A DNA stretch of 64,000 bases, taken from NCBI GenBank assembly GCA_951406725.2, contig OX597817.1, forward strand, positions 67,580,001 through 67,644,000, given 5' to 3'. A program made the position numbers and the translations under genes. The notes under the pieces are model-generated. The model was not told where the DNA came from. It saw only the letters and a program-made list of their open reading frames with translations, and made no database searches. The stretch's first letter is position 1, and every line of letters starts with the position of its first letter. Positions 24,234 to 37,582 of the stretch are shown piece by piece. This DNA comes from Octopus vulgaris. Its lineage: Eukaryota.

Positions 24234-24887
24234 CAGTGGTTCTCAGCCATTTTTTTTTTCTATGAACCCCTTTGATTCATATTTAACTCTACTAGACCTC
24301 CATGTTTGAAAAAAAGAGGGAATCAAACTATATTTTTATGATTAGATATTATTAGGGATTATATAAAATGTTAAAATATTTTATGTATTATAAGGCGGCG
24401 AGCTGGCAGAATCGTTAGCACGCCGGGCGAAATACTTAGCGGTATTTTGTCTACCACTACGTTCTAAGTTCAAATTCCACCGAGGTCAACTTTGCCTTTC
24501 ATCCATAAGTACCAGTTATGCACTGGGGTCGATATAATCAACTCAATCCATTTGTCTGTCCTTGTTTGTCCTCTCTGTGTTTAGCCCCTTGTGGGTAATA
24601 AAGAAATAGGTATTTCATCTGTCTTTATGTTCTGAGTTCAAAATCCGCCGACGTTGACTTTGCCTTTCATCCTTTCGGGGTCGATAAACTAAGTACCAGT
24701 TGCATACTGGGGTCGATCTAATTGACTTGGTCCGCTCTCCCAAAATTTGAGGTCTTGTGCCTTGAGTAGAAAGGAAAAGAATATTTTGTGTATTGTAGAA
24801 TTATAATTAATTTATAAACTCATAAACTTCCACAACAAAATCTTATGGACACCCAAGGACCATACGATCCCTGGTTGAGAACCACTG
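24234..24887. mobile_element. hAT (Charlie-like) MITE with nested SINE
   Basis: TIR CAGTGGTTCTCAGCC / GGTTGAGAACCACTG; perfect 8-bp TSD GTTTAGAG (24226-33, 24888-95). Confidence 0.92.
24393..24779 (+). mobile_element. tRNA-derived SINE family B with duplicated central domain
   Basis: GGCGGCGAGCTGGCAGAATCGTTAGC..GTTCAAATTCC; the GACTTTGCCTTTCATCC..AAGTACCAG..GGGGTCGAT domain occurs twice. ~18-bp imperfect TSD AATATTTT(A/G)TGTATT(A/G)TA. Confidence 0.9.
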
Positions 24888-27236
24888 GTTTAGAGTAATC
24901 TTATTTAACCCTTTTGTGATCATATTCTTATGGAATACATTACTACCTGTGTGTTTCAATTCATTCTGTAGATAATTAAGAGTTTTGAAGGATTTAATAA
25001 AATAATTCTTTTATTAAGCTACTGATTAGAACAAAACTGCAAGGTGCATGCTTGAAATTATCGTATGCAATTTTAAGTAAAAATATGAACTCTTGAAATT
25101 GAAAGGATTTTTATGATAGAACTAGGGACAAATTCAGGTGGGTTTCTGTCAAAAGAGGTAAGCAAACTGGTCTTGAAGGAATGGTGAAGACTTTAAAATC
25201 TAAAAACAATTCTCAACCTTTTTTTCTTTTTTTTCTTTTACCCCCATATATAGTTTACCTAACTTTGATACTTGAATTTGAACTGTAGGACATTGATGGA
25301 TGATGTGTCTCGCTAGTGGGATAAAATTAATGCTGCTGCAAAATTTGTTGTTGTGAAACAAGTGAATTCACCTCACAAAAAAAAAACAAGAGTAGTTACC
25401 TTCCTGAATAAATGCCATGAAACTAAAAAGCTGTCTAAAAATAAAACAAGCATATTCTGATATATGTCACAGACTAACGCAACTTAATAAAAGTACAATG
25501 GGGATGTATAGATGCTTAAAGTAATTGCAACAGAAAACACTTCATACAGAACTTACTGTGTGCATAATATAGGTTATTTGTCTTAACTTATTTCAGTTAA
25601 CTCTTAATGTAGTCTTTCTTTTTTTTTTTTTAATATAAGTTTTACTTCTTCTATAATTTATGTTTATTAACATTAAATATTTAATACGTATATGGTAATG
25701 AAAACTAACTAATATTAATAAAATAAATAAATATATTTTTTTTTGTGTTGGCATTCAATCAGGAAGAATTTGAGCTCGCTGCAGTGAATCCACATTATAT
25801 ACAAATGAAAGCCAGCTGCACCTGATAGTCATAAACGTGTAACCAGTTTGAATTCCAATGGCAGGCATCGTACATTCAAAGACTAGATTTCAATTTAAGA
25901 TCTGACTTGATCATACAAATATATATTTCAGCTATCCCCCATGCTGTTTACACCACCTCTGAAGGGGCTCTGGTACAACTACATGTTAGTGTTGGCCACA
26001 TTGCTTGTTCACTTTTTTTTATTTATTTTTTTTGCTATGAAAATCATCATCGCTAAGACAGAGACTATATCTGTTGGCATCTGGCCTCTGAAAGAGTCCC
26101 CATATCATACACAAATTCCGATGTTAGTATTGTTTGCTCAAGCTGTCCTTGTTTCTATGTAAATATTTATTCTGCTGAGATTTTGCTGTCTACTTTTTAA
26201 AATTGTTTACTTTTTACCCTTCCATGGTTATGCATGGCTTATTTTCTTGTTAAGTTGGAGAAAGAACAGTCTGTAAGTATACTTTAACTTGGGAAAATGA
26301 GAATTTCGATTGCTGCTTCATTTAAAGTATTGACGCTTAAACCTACCATGGTATATTTCTCTACCCATATCTAATTGTTTTAAAAATAATTAAAATTTTG
26401 GAGAGATTTAGTTAAATAACTGCGTTTTTATTTTGCTGGTATTTGGGATACAATGTAAGAAAATATTCTTACATTAAATTTTGATATCCAGTTTTAATTC
26501 AGCATAAACACTTTAAAACTGGCAGATTTATTTATTTTCTTACTAATTTATTATCATAGAATCAGAGGTAGTCTCAGGATGGTCAATATAACAGAAGGTT
26601 TAAATTAGTATTTTTGACATGTGGCGCATGGGAGAGCAAACAAAAATTGCTAGTATACTTCATGTGGAAGTTTTTAAAAATCTATTTTTAAATTAAAAAT
26701 TTAGAAAAACTATAGAAAATAATTATTTACATTGTTTTTATTAATGATGACAGTGCATAGCAAAATTTTCAGTAACATATTTCAGGGTGCTCAAGGCTTA
26801 CTGTGGATTTCCTAAAAAAGTTAAATTATATATATATTTCAAAATGTCCAGTGCACTTAGATATCTCTTACAGTGCATGTTTAGGGAACCACTGATTTAC
26901 AGAGATGTATTTTAACCCCTTCATTATGTCATTTCTGTTTGAAATACACTACCGTTGTTTCAGTTGAGCAATTTGATAAAATAACTGTCATTATTAATCT
27001 GATGTTTGAGACATAATTTAATAACAAATTTTGATGAAAGGTTTTAATTTTAAACCACTTAAAGAAGTTTATATCATTGAATCAGAAGCAGTCTCGGGTG
27101 GTTTGGTATCATTTCAGTTTAGTCCTTTTATATCATGTTCAGAAGAAAAGTACTTTGTACTTAATCTTAGCATATCATGTAAACTCAGAAGATTTTGTTG
27201 TTAAAAACTTATGTGCAATAAACTGGTTATACTTCT

Positions 27237-27557
27237 TTTTTATATTTTTTATGCACCCTTTTCAAGCCTAGACAGGCTCATGGGCCCGGTTCCCCGGTTT
27301 CTGTGGCGTATGTTTTCTCCCCCAGCTAGATGGGATGCCAGTCCATCGCAGCGTTACCCAAGAAACAGGAAGAAAGAGTGAGAGAAAGTTGGGGCGAAAG
27401 AGTACAACAGGGGTTGCCACCACCCCCTGTCAGAGCCTCGTGGAGCTTTTAGGCGTTTTCGCTCAATAAACACACACAACACCCAGTCTGGAAATTGAAA
27501 CCGTGATCTTCTGACCGTGAGTCCACTTCCCTAACCACTGGGTCATTGCACCTCCAC
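27237..27557 (-). mobile_element. tRNA-derived SINE, family D-related
   Basis: Head GGAGGTGCAATGACCCAGTGGTTAGGG on the minus strand; TSD GGTT(A/G)TACTTCT (27225-36, 27558-69). Confidence 0.85.
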
Positions 27558-28473
27558 GGTTGTACTTCTACAATACACAAAATAATTCAACAGTTCTTCA
27601 TATAATTCTTAATAATAATATTCTATTATAAAAATATAACTGGATTTTTTTAACATTGTGTGATCATGGAGATCTACCTGAATAAAATTGAAATCAAAGA
27701 AATCAAATAAAATAGGAATCATAGGTAAAAAAATGGTTGAGAACCACTGGTGCAGACCTTTAGTCTATTTTTATGGACCAACTGGTTTGTGCCCTTGTAT
27801 AGCCAAACATCTGAAACTTTGAAGCTTCTCTTGTTCTTTAATCCCAAGTTAACTCTGATCTTGCAAATCTATTATTAAAATAAAATCCAGCTGTGGCATT
27901 CTTGCCCTCTATGCATGAAAACTGGGCCTACATTATCTAGCATGTTTTTTTCTTAGGCAGTAGTGTGTGATTTGAAAGAGATTTGAAAATTTCGAATAGG
28001 ATCGAGGACCATGTGTAGATGCTTCCTCCCTCGTTGGCTCAAATCATTTGCTATTGTGTTTATATTGATGTTCCAAGGCTTTGCATCATTTAGAGAAGGA
28101 CAAATAAAATGGTGTAGCTTTGTGTAGAATTGCGATAGAGGTGAGTAAATTTAGATGAATTAGAAGCCAATCTTGTATGTATATGATTGAATATAACTCA
28201 AGTAGTCTAAACACTGAATACTGACCACAAGGAAAGATCTGTTGAACAGTTTCTTGTAACATATTATTTAAGATCTTGCTGATTTAAACTTATTATTCTT
28301 AACAGAAATAAGTAGGTCATTGTTGGAGGATTTTTCTTAAAACTGCTCAAGTTGGGTGATTGTATCATATCAGTAATTTATTTTTCTTACCCTTTACACT
28401 TTTTGTTTCCATAAGCCCATCTAACTATTCCTTAGATTTAAACCTTTGTGTTTTTTTCTTCTTATTTTCTTTC

Positions 28474-28505
<32 letters not shown>

Positions 28506-29040
28506 CTTCAGTTTATAATGAGTATTATATTATGGAAGACAAACTTCTCACAGGTTGAGCACATAACCTAATTTTATTGTCAGGTGTTGGTATTTTGAAG
28601 GTCAACTTTGAATTCTATCCTTCCAATTGTTATTGTACAGCCTGAAGTCAGCTCTGATTAAGCAGCCCTGTACATAGTCTACAAAGGTAGACTAGATGCA
28701 ATCAACAAATCTGCAGATACTTTACACCACCCACTGTTATTTAAGGCACATACTTCACATCTTGGCATACTGTGGTTATTGTTATTTAGTACTATGTCAA
28801 TCCTAATTGAGCAAGTCTGTGATCAAGAGGACTCCATCTATGACAATCTCATCTGCTTTTTTTTTTCTTTTTCAAACATATAGTACTACATTAACCGTTG
28901 CATCCTATCTGAAAATTGTAGCATATAATTTGGGAATGATATAACTACAGCTTCTAACAAATCAGATGAAGCCTTCCAATCATGAACATCCCATCTTGTT
29001 TTCACACATTGAGTAACCTGGTCCACATTATTGTCTAAGT

Positions 29041-29314
29041 CAGTGGTTCCTAAACTTTTTCAGGCTACCACTTTTTTGGCACCCGGGCCACATTCCTAGT
29101 GGACGCCACCATTCACCACCACAAACATAGACCACTTTCTGCAGTAAATTCAAAACTACTGTATTTTACAACTAAAACTTAACCCAATTAACCCATTATT
29201 TTGTTGTTTTTACAACTATTGCCCATTTTTGGCTACCCCACTTTTCTTCCCTCTCATCTTTTCGCCAACACTTGGGTGGTGGGGAACCAATACTGTCCAC
29301 TTTAGGAACCACTT
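29041..29314. mobile_element. hAT-type MITE
   Basis: CAGTGGTTCCTAAA / TTTAGGAACCACT; TSD GTCTAAG(T/C). Confidence 0.8.
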
Positions 29315-29625
29315 GTCTAAGCCCTTAGAGTGTGATTTGAGGGGAGGGAGACTTGGCTTTTTTAAGTTAGCAGTGGGGTGTGATTTGAGAGCAGAGAGTG
29401 AACAGGGAGAGCTTCCCTTATTGGTTTGTCCATATTCCTGTAGATTTTACAAGTGGCCCCTATGAAGGTAGGCAGTAAGTATTTCTAATATCCAAATCAA
29501 CTGACTACATCTTTTCTACCACTGTATTAAGCTTCCTGTATGAGTAAGAAACCAATATCATAATTCCATAATTGAATAATATTTCTGAGTTATCCTCTGA
29601 TGATTGTTCACATAATATATTAATA

Positions 29626-29898
29626 ATAGTGGCCTCTTCATGTTTTTTAGATGATTGTTCACATAATATATTAATAATTTGGGGTCAACTTGAGAATATT
29701 CTGTATTGATATAATTAATATATTAATATAATGTGTGTGTTTGGCTGTGTGGTAAGTAGTTTGCTTATCAACCACATGGTCCTGGGTTCAGTCCCACTGC
29801 GTGGCACCTTGGGTAAGTGTTTTCTACTATAACCTCAGGCCGACCAAAGCCTTGTGAGTGGATTTGGTAGACGGAAACTGAAAGAAGCTCGTCATATA

Positions 29899-29963
<65 letters not shown>

Positions 29964-29966
29964 TTG
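29626..29966 (+). repeat. Local duplicate of 22322-22612 (unique flank plus SINE A 5' half)
   Basis: ~100 bp of non-SINE flank and the private SINE substitutions are shared between the two copies. Confidence 0.9.
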
Positions 29967-30926
29967 TATCTTCTGCTGAATCTATATATCTTTTAAATGT
30001 GTCACATAGTTCAACAGCCAAACTAGGACTACCATTTTGAAAGAGAGTCATTTATTGAACAATACAGGCTGTCTGATTTTACACACACACATACACACAC
30101 GCACGCACACACACACACACACACCAATACATATGTGTGTGTGTAAGTGCAGATGTGACTGCTTCCCTATCATTTTGACTTGTCACCTGTAGGTGGAAAC
30201 TGAAAGAAGCCCATTGTATGTATGTATATATGTGTGTATCCTTGTTTAGACATTATGTGGTGGTTGTAAATGTGTGTCATTGTCACACAAGCAATGTTGT
30301 CTGTTACTACTCTTCCATAAAACACATGCCTGACCACGGGGAAATATCACCCTACTCAGAAGCAGATGAGGGTTGGTGACAGGAAAGGCATCTGGCCATA
30401 GAAAAATCTGTTTCGATAAATTCCATCTGTCCATGCAAGCATAGAGAAGTGGACATTAAAACAATGATGTTATATATAATGTAAGAATTTGTAGCTTCCA
30501 TTATATTATGTGACTCTAGTTTTAGTATTGAGTACACTTTTTTATACCCCTGATTTAAACTTGTGTCCATCCATCTATAATGTAGTAATATTGTATTCAC
30601 ACTTTATGGTACTTTTCAGACAGATTTACTATTATTACCCTCCTAAAATGCATGTAAGAGTTTGTTAGATAAGCTTAAACTCTCTCTATCATTCATCCTC
30701 CTGTTAATACCTACTTAAGTTATTTTTATGTATTTGTTTTCTCTTATGTTTAGTATTTTGTGATGCAAAGCAACATTTAATAAGCTTAACATTAAATTTA
30801 GTAGTTTTTAGTGTATTACACTTTGTAACTTACAGATTTAGACAAATGCTTATTGACTTGGTGGAAATATGAGTTGAGTGTGTTTCAATTCTTGCTGCTA
30901 GTCACCACCACCACCACCACAATCAC

Positions 30927-30966
<40 letters not shown>

Positions 30967-31094
30967 TTCTTTATGTCTCTTTTTCTAAGCTGAGCTGCAC
31001 AAGATTTTTTCCAGCAAGGCATCTCACCAGTTGAAGCTTTTCCTTTTCATTTTACTTCAATATTCTTTGATCAGCCTTCTCTACTTCACTTAGC

Positions 31095-31560
31095 ACTTAA
31101 CTTACTCAACTGTTCTTCCTTTGGCTTGTCTTATGATGGCATTCACCTGGGAGGGGTTAAGTTGACTCCTATTGATTTCACTGCATCGCAGATCAAGGTG
31201 GTCCACACATATCTCTTGGTGGCCGATTCTGTAGTGAGTTGAAGCCATTCCCAGTTCCAGTGATGGACGCCAAAGTCTTGATGGCTGGAAAGGAGCTCCA
31301 TATCTGCATTGACTGTTGTGAGTCACATCTTCAGCTGACCACCTCTCCGTTTATGCCAACCTGGGGGAGGATCTGGTGTTATTGCCCTCCGGATGAATTC
31401 ATCATGGGAATGCTGCAACGCATGACCAAACCGCCATAGTTTCCTCATCAGAAGAGTTCCCTCTAGAGCTAAGAGATCATAGTGACTGTAAAGTTGTCAG
31501 TCTGAGATGAGCAGTCAGATGATGAATACAGAAGCAATTGAAGACCTCAACTGTCCACCT
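31095..31560 (-). pseudogene. RTE-clade LINE 3' ORF remnant (second RTE family)
   Basis: Minus strand LEVFNCFCIH..RKLWRFGHALQ..GWHKRRGGQLKM*LTTVNADMELL..WNWEW..VWTTLICDAV resembles RTE C-terminal motifs (RLRWFGH, RRRGGQxKTW). Confidence 0.7.
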
Positions 31561-31660
31561 CCATATTGATCTTATGTCCATACAAAGACAATACTTCTTT
31601 ACTTGTACTTGTGGCAGTATTCACTCAAGGGAGTGTCTGTGCTATTACCACACAGCTATG

Positions 31661-31960
31661 TTGTTTGTTCCTTCTCGAGTCATTCCTGGCTCATAAGGGC
31701 CGGTTTCCATGGCGTATAGGTTCCCCACCTGGACGGGTTGCCAGTCCGTCGCATGTGAGCTGCAAGATGCAGGAGGAAAGAGTGAGGGAAAGTTGTGGCG
31801 AAAGAGTCAGCAGAAGTTCGCCATTATCTTCTGCCGGAGCCACCTGGAGCTTAGGTGTTTTGCTCGTAAACACACACACATCGCCCAGTCTCAGATTCGA
31901 ACCCGTGATCCCTCGACCGCGAGTCCGCTGCTCTAACCACTAGGCCATGTGCCTCCACTT
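31661..31960 (-). mobile_element. tRNA-derived SINE family D, young full-length copy
   Basis: 13-bp TSD CCACACAGCTATG (31648-60, 31961-73); reverse complement of 61690-61981; intact A and B boxes. Confidence 0.95.
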
Positions 31961-32294
31961 CCACACAGCTATGCAGTATATATAACTTAAACTTTTATTA
32001 CAGTTTGGAAGTTCTGTTTATTGTAGATGCAGTATCCCTGCATCATTTGATAATTGATAATTTGTTCTTGGCTTTACTTTCTGATTTTTATCTAATAAGC
32101 TCTGGTTCATGTTTTACTCAAAGACAATGATCAAAAGTTATTGCTATTTCATTGATCCATATATTTATATTTGATAGACATCAGAAATCTGGGGTAACTG
32201 TTTTGTCATTTAAGATTTAATAATTAATTTTACCTGCTAACATAATGTGATAAGATTAGATACAATAGACTTCAAATCAGACATTTTTATATGA

Positions 32295-32374
32295 TTATAA
32301 TTATATTAGCTCATATTTAAGAGATAAAAATTGCTTATAATTATATTAGCTCATCTTTAAGAGATAAAAATTGC
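32295..32374. repeat. 40-bp tandem duplication
   Basis: TTATAATTATATTAGCTCAT(A/C)TTTAAGAGATAAAAATTGC x2. Confidence 0.9.
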
Positions 32375-32859
32375 TTTAATATTTATATCTACATATTTTG
32401 ATGTGTACATAATATGGAACTGGATTGTATTCAAATTTGCCACCTTCATTTTTAAAAGAAGAGTGTAGTAACATTGTTATACATTAGGCCACTAGAGAAA
32501 AAGAGTGTTACTACTTTTAGTATCTGTAATTGGCTAGATGTCTCCTCTCAAATGTATGCCACAAAGTGTAAGGGTAGACAAGTTTCCCTATCTCTCCTAT
32601 GACTTAATTATGCAGTTTATTTCGGCATCTGATGCTAGCATGTGTTATTAATTGGTATGTATGTAAACACCATTTGTGTGCCTTAATGATGGAGCTAGTC
32701 GCTCATGTGCTGAGTTCTCTTAATTGTCTCTTTTCAATCATCTTTTGTTCATCTTTCTATTGCATTACAGCAGTGCTGGTGCTCAAGCCTGATGTTGGCC
32801 ATGCTGTATACACACTATATCACTTTAAATTAGAACAACCAAGCTTACAAGAAAGGTTC

Positions 32860-33045
32860 TGTGTGTCCACTTGACCTACTAGATAGAAATAGCAGCCAAA
32901 TATCCCTCAAGTCACAATCTACCCTCTAAAAAGAGGATGCACACATTACATAATGTAGATCTGGTTACATTATATCTGAAGCAAACAAACAAGAAAAAAA
33001 GGTAGGATGTTCATGGCTGAAATGCTTTTGATCATAAACCTGTTG
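32860..33045 (+). mobile_element. Old dispersed repeat family E (SINE-like)
   Basis: TAGAAATAGCAGCCAAAT.TCCCTCAA..CATGGCTGAAATGCTTTTGATCATA. Related copies at ~7375-7560, 10040-10230, 20690-20860, 27840-28040, 33410-33960, 48320-48500, 49360-49510 and 51555-51660. Confidence 0.6.
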
Positions 33046-33521
33046 TAATCATTACCAGAGGAGTCATTTTGTCCTTGAAGTTTAAGTTACTACAGTCATT
33101 ATCTTACGCTCTTGGTCAGATCTTCTTGTCTCAATTTGCTTGACTTGAGAGTATGTCAAATGCCTATTGTATGGTTAAGTAGTTTTCAACAGATAAGGCT
33201 TCCAGCTGTAAGTAAAAGCCACTTCTCCAGCTAAAGCTATCCTATTGAAGTTGGTCAGAAAATGGAAATTTTGGTAGCTAGTTTAGTTCTTTAAATTATG
33301 GTATTTTATATGGTTTTGATGTCAGTTACCTATATTTCAGTGATGAATAATTTTCAGGAAAATAAATTGAAGTTTTATATCAGGACACAAATGTAAAGAC
33401 AAAATGATAAGAGAGCCTCTACATTTCTCACAGCTTATTAGAAATAGCAACCAAATTTACCTTAAATCAGACACTGCTGTCTTTTAAAAGGAAAGACACA
33501 TTGGACAGTCTAGTCCTAGAT

Positions 33522-33878
33522 CTTTTACTTGTTTCAGTCATTAGACTGTGGCCCAACCTTGGTACTTATTCTTTTAAGCGTAGTACTTAGTAATTTTTTT
33601 TTTGCGGAACTGCTAAGTTACAGGAACATAAACACACCAACACCGATTGTCAATCAGTGGTTGGGGACAAACACAGACACAAAGACACACACACATGCAC
33701 ACATATATACACATGCTGGGCTTCTTTCAGTTTCTGTCTACCAAATCTACTCACAAGGCTTTTGTTGTCCTAAGTCTATAGTAGAAGACACTTGCTTGAG
33801 GTGCCATGCAGCAGGACTGAACCCAAAACCATGTGGTTGAGAAGCAAACTCCTTATTAAACTACCACTCCTGTGCCTA
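33522..33878 (-). mobile_element. SINE family A inserted in a family E copy
   Basis: Reverse-complement head and tail; family E sequence resumes at ~33880. Confidence 0.8.
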
Positions 33879-34104
33879 TGAAAGAAATGTGATGGTCACA
33901 GTGGAATGCCACTGATCATAGATATGTTCAATCAGGTTTTACCTCAGGTTAACTACAACAAGAACATGTTGCAAAGATTGGAACTGCAGACTAAACACCA
34001 GTATTGGGATATATTCAATTACTGTATATTTTGAAGCAGAATTAGAAATAGCATCTGTCCATGTTACTAGATTTACATTATTCATTGTTTATATATGTCA
34101 TATT

Positions 34105-34350
34105 GCAATCATCATCATCATCATTTAACGTTCATTTTCCATGCTGGCATAGATTGGCCAGCTTGACCAGAGCCAGCAAGTTGGAGAGCTGCACTCAGTT
34201 CCAGTCTGATTTGGCATGGTTTCTACGATTAGATGCCCTTCCTAATGCCAACCACTTTACAGAATGTACTAGGGGCTTTTATGTGACACCAACATGGGTG
34301 CTTTTATGTGGCTCTGGCACAGGTGCTTTTTACGTAGCACTGGCACCAAT
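34105..34350 (-). mobile_element. RTE-type 3'-UTR/tail fragment (family C)
   Basis: (ATC)n TTTAACG..TTTTCCATGCTGGCAT..GATGCCCTTCCTAATGCCAACCACT. Others at 14820-14950, 17740-17860 and 37150-37370. Confidence 0.8.
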
Positions 34351-35892
34351 TTATAATCAAAATTATTCTCACCTTAACGATGCAGCTTTTTCATATATGG
34401 AAAAATAGTATCCCATTTCATTTAAGACAATGAAGTATGATCTGAGGGAGATTTGGCTGCTATTTCTAATAAGTGGAGGAACCAAGTAGAACCCCCCTCA
34501 GATACTAGCAGTCATATATGTCTGACAAGAATATGTTTCATCTTTGTATTTTAATTTTCAAAATTATCAAAACTTATGAGAGGTTTAATGATGTAAACTT
34601 TCAACTTGACAAATGTGTACTTATTTGAATTGAAAATTCACATTACTTAATAGTAATGGTTTCAAGAAGATTGGTGTTGATAAAATTAATAATTTTAACT
34701 GCAATCAAACCAATATGCTTTTTAAAGCAATTTCTTTTTTCAATTTGATTTCATTCATTCAAGATATGTTCTGAGGAAGCATGATCCACTTTCATTAAAT
34801 TGATTTTTTTATAATATACTGTGTATTTTCTTGTAATTGTATAGTCTTTACACCCTCATCAAAAAATATCACTAGAAATTTCTTTAGCTATATCACAATT
34901 ATTCATTCTATAACTTTTATGTTTATCTGGATTCAGTGGCTTTTGAACTCAGAATGTAAAGAGATGTAACTAAATTTTTTAAAGCAGTGTTGGTGAGTGT
35001 GATTGAGAGATTTGGCTTCTATTTTTAGCAGGTCAAATAATCACATTGAGGCTTCCGCCACATCTCTGTGTTATGCAATATATATGCAATTGGTGTAAGA
35101 GGATATTTTTTTTAATGGTTTAAACGGAAGGGCAGCCAGTGCTTATGACCTTTTGCAGGGTTTCTGTATGTCGTGATGGTGAGGGGGAGGGGAAAGAGTT
35201 GGCAGAAGCCACAATTTGTAGGGGTGCTATGGTAGGAATCAACCTATCAAGATATTATTAGTAAATCTAATTCCAATGCTTGCAACAGAATAAATAGACT
35301 CTGCTGAAGGCATTTTTGAGGGAATTTACTCTCTTCCGATTTCAACTTCAATAAGCACATCAGAAAATTTATAACTTTCAATATAGTAAAATTGATGGAG
35401 TAAAGGAAAAACAAGGAAATGTTAATTAGTTTTTGTTTTATGAGAATTTTGAAATTTAGAAAAGGAAAGTGTGCCTTCTTGGTGTAGATTCATAAAAAAA
35501 AATAGTTTAATTTATTATTTTTTTTCATTTCATTTCATAATTTCTATTATGTCACACATAGTCTCGACAGTTGTATCATTGGTCACAAGTTTATTATGGA
35601 CTAATCACTTGTTTACAGGATTTCTAAAGGCAAAATGTGACAAAGGAATGTTTATCTGGAGAGCACTGGTCTTTTCAGTTCTATCATTTATGTATTCTCA
35701 GCAAATTTTGATTAAGCACATACATACATACACATACACAACCACACTGTCAAATTACACATAAAAATATTGCCTTAAAAGTGTGACACAATATAGTCCT
35801 TTATATATACTTGATATTGAAGATAATATGCTCATGCCTGGAAAATCTTTGGTCATGAGTCTACTCAATAATTAATAAAAACATATGTATAT

Positions 35893-36420
35893 ATCATCAT
35901 CATCATCATCATCATCATCGTTTAGTGTCTGCTTTCCATGCTGGCATGGGTGAACCAGTTTTACTGGAACTGGTAAGCTGGAGAGCTGCACCAGGTTCCA
36001 TGGTTTCTACAGCTGGATGCCCTTTCTAACACCAACCACTCGAAGAGTTTAATGGGTGCTTTTTACATGATACTGGCATTGGCCACAGCTATGAATTCAC
36101 TTGGTTTGATGAGTTTTCTTGAGCATAGTATACCACCAAAGGTCTTGGTCGTTTGTTATCGCCTCCATAACGCCCAACATTACAAGATCATGCATCACCA
36201 CCTCGTCCCATATCTTCCTGGATCTACCTCTTCCACTGTTTCCCTCCACAGTTAGAGATTGGCACTTCTTTACACAGCTGTCCTCATCCATAAGCATCAC
36301 ATGGGCCATACCAGTTGTCTCTCTTGCATACCACATCTGATGCCTCTTATGCCCAACTTTTCTCTCAAGATGCTTACACTCTGTCATACATGCACACTGA
36401 CATTACACATCCAGCAAAGT
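35893..36420 (-). mobile_element. 5'-truncated RTE-clade LINE (ORF end, 3' UTR, (GAT)n tail)
   Basis: HVMLMDEDSCVKKCQSLTVEGNSGRGRSRKIWDEVVMHDL..NDQDLWW matches the RTE C-terminus (GRGRPRKTW). Continues directly into the family C tail. Confidence 0.88.
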
Positions 36421-36741
36421 ATACTAACTTTATTGCATGCATACACACAGGCACACAGATATATTATGGGCTTCTTTATTGTTTCCATATTCTAAGGTCA
36501 TCTTGTGGGCTCTGGTAGAAGAATTACTCAAGGTGCTGGGCAGTGGACCCACATAATTGTTAAGTGAATTTCTCAATGAAGCTGCCTTGTTTTCAACCAT
36601 TTAAAATATGATTTTTGATGATCTGTAGAGACTGTATACCTTTCACTTCTTCATTCATGTGTATGAGAAAGAGAGAGAGAGAGAGAGAATATGTGTGGAG
36701 AGAAAGAGAGAATATATGTGGAGAGAAAGAGAGAAAATGTG

Positions 36742-36777
<36 letters not shown>

Positions 36778-37161
36778 ATGTGTGTGAATGCATGTTATAA
36801 GTAGACAGAAGTTAATAAAATTCAAGTCATATTCACATGTTGCTTATGTTTGTTAGCTATTTATAAATAACTACCAACCCTTTCCTAGAATGTTTTAAAC
36901 TAGAGTTATATCCAGAAGCTATACAATAATAATGATAATATTCATAGTATGTAATTAGTGTTATATGTACTTATAAAACTATTTTCTTACTCCTTAACAT
37001 TTAAACATTTTAGCCATCACTCCTTTGACATTACTTTGAAGGTTGAATTTTGTTTAATGTATTTTGTCTTCTTTTTTTAACTGTGTACTTTGAATATTAC
37101 TGCAGTTTCTTTCATTGCCAAGATTTTTATTAGAACCAGAAGCAGTTGAGTCATCATTGTC

Positions 37162-37193
<32 letters not shown>

Positions 37194-37582
37194 TTAATGT
37201 CCATGTTCTATGCCAGCATGGGTTGGATGGTTTGATGAGGATCCAAAGAGCCCGAGGGCTGCATTATCCTCGATTGTCTGTTTTGGGATGGTTCCTATTG
37301 TTGAATGCTCCTCCTAGCATCAACCACTTTATAGCATGTACTGAGTGCTTTTTTCATGCTATCAACACTTGACATCACTATGCAGCTTGCGAGTCTACAA
37401 ACCCCAGGAGATGGGTTGCTGCATCTTTATGTTAGATGCAGGCTAAAGTACAAAAGAAGAAAATGGGGTAGAGCAGGTTCTTGTTGTAAAGGGGCTACAT
37501 GGCTACTCACATTTATAAAAGAGAGTTAGAATGAATTGGTGGTATCTCCAAAGAGATAGATACTGGTGATGTGGTATCCAGG

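Noticed and set aside
30620-30660. Possible small exon (..QIYYYYPPKMH|GTAAGA)
   Set aside because: Weak acceptor; such matches are expected by chance in 64 kb.
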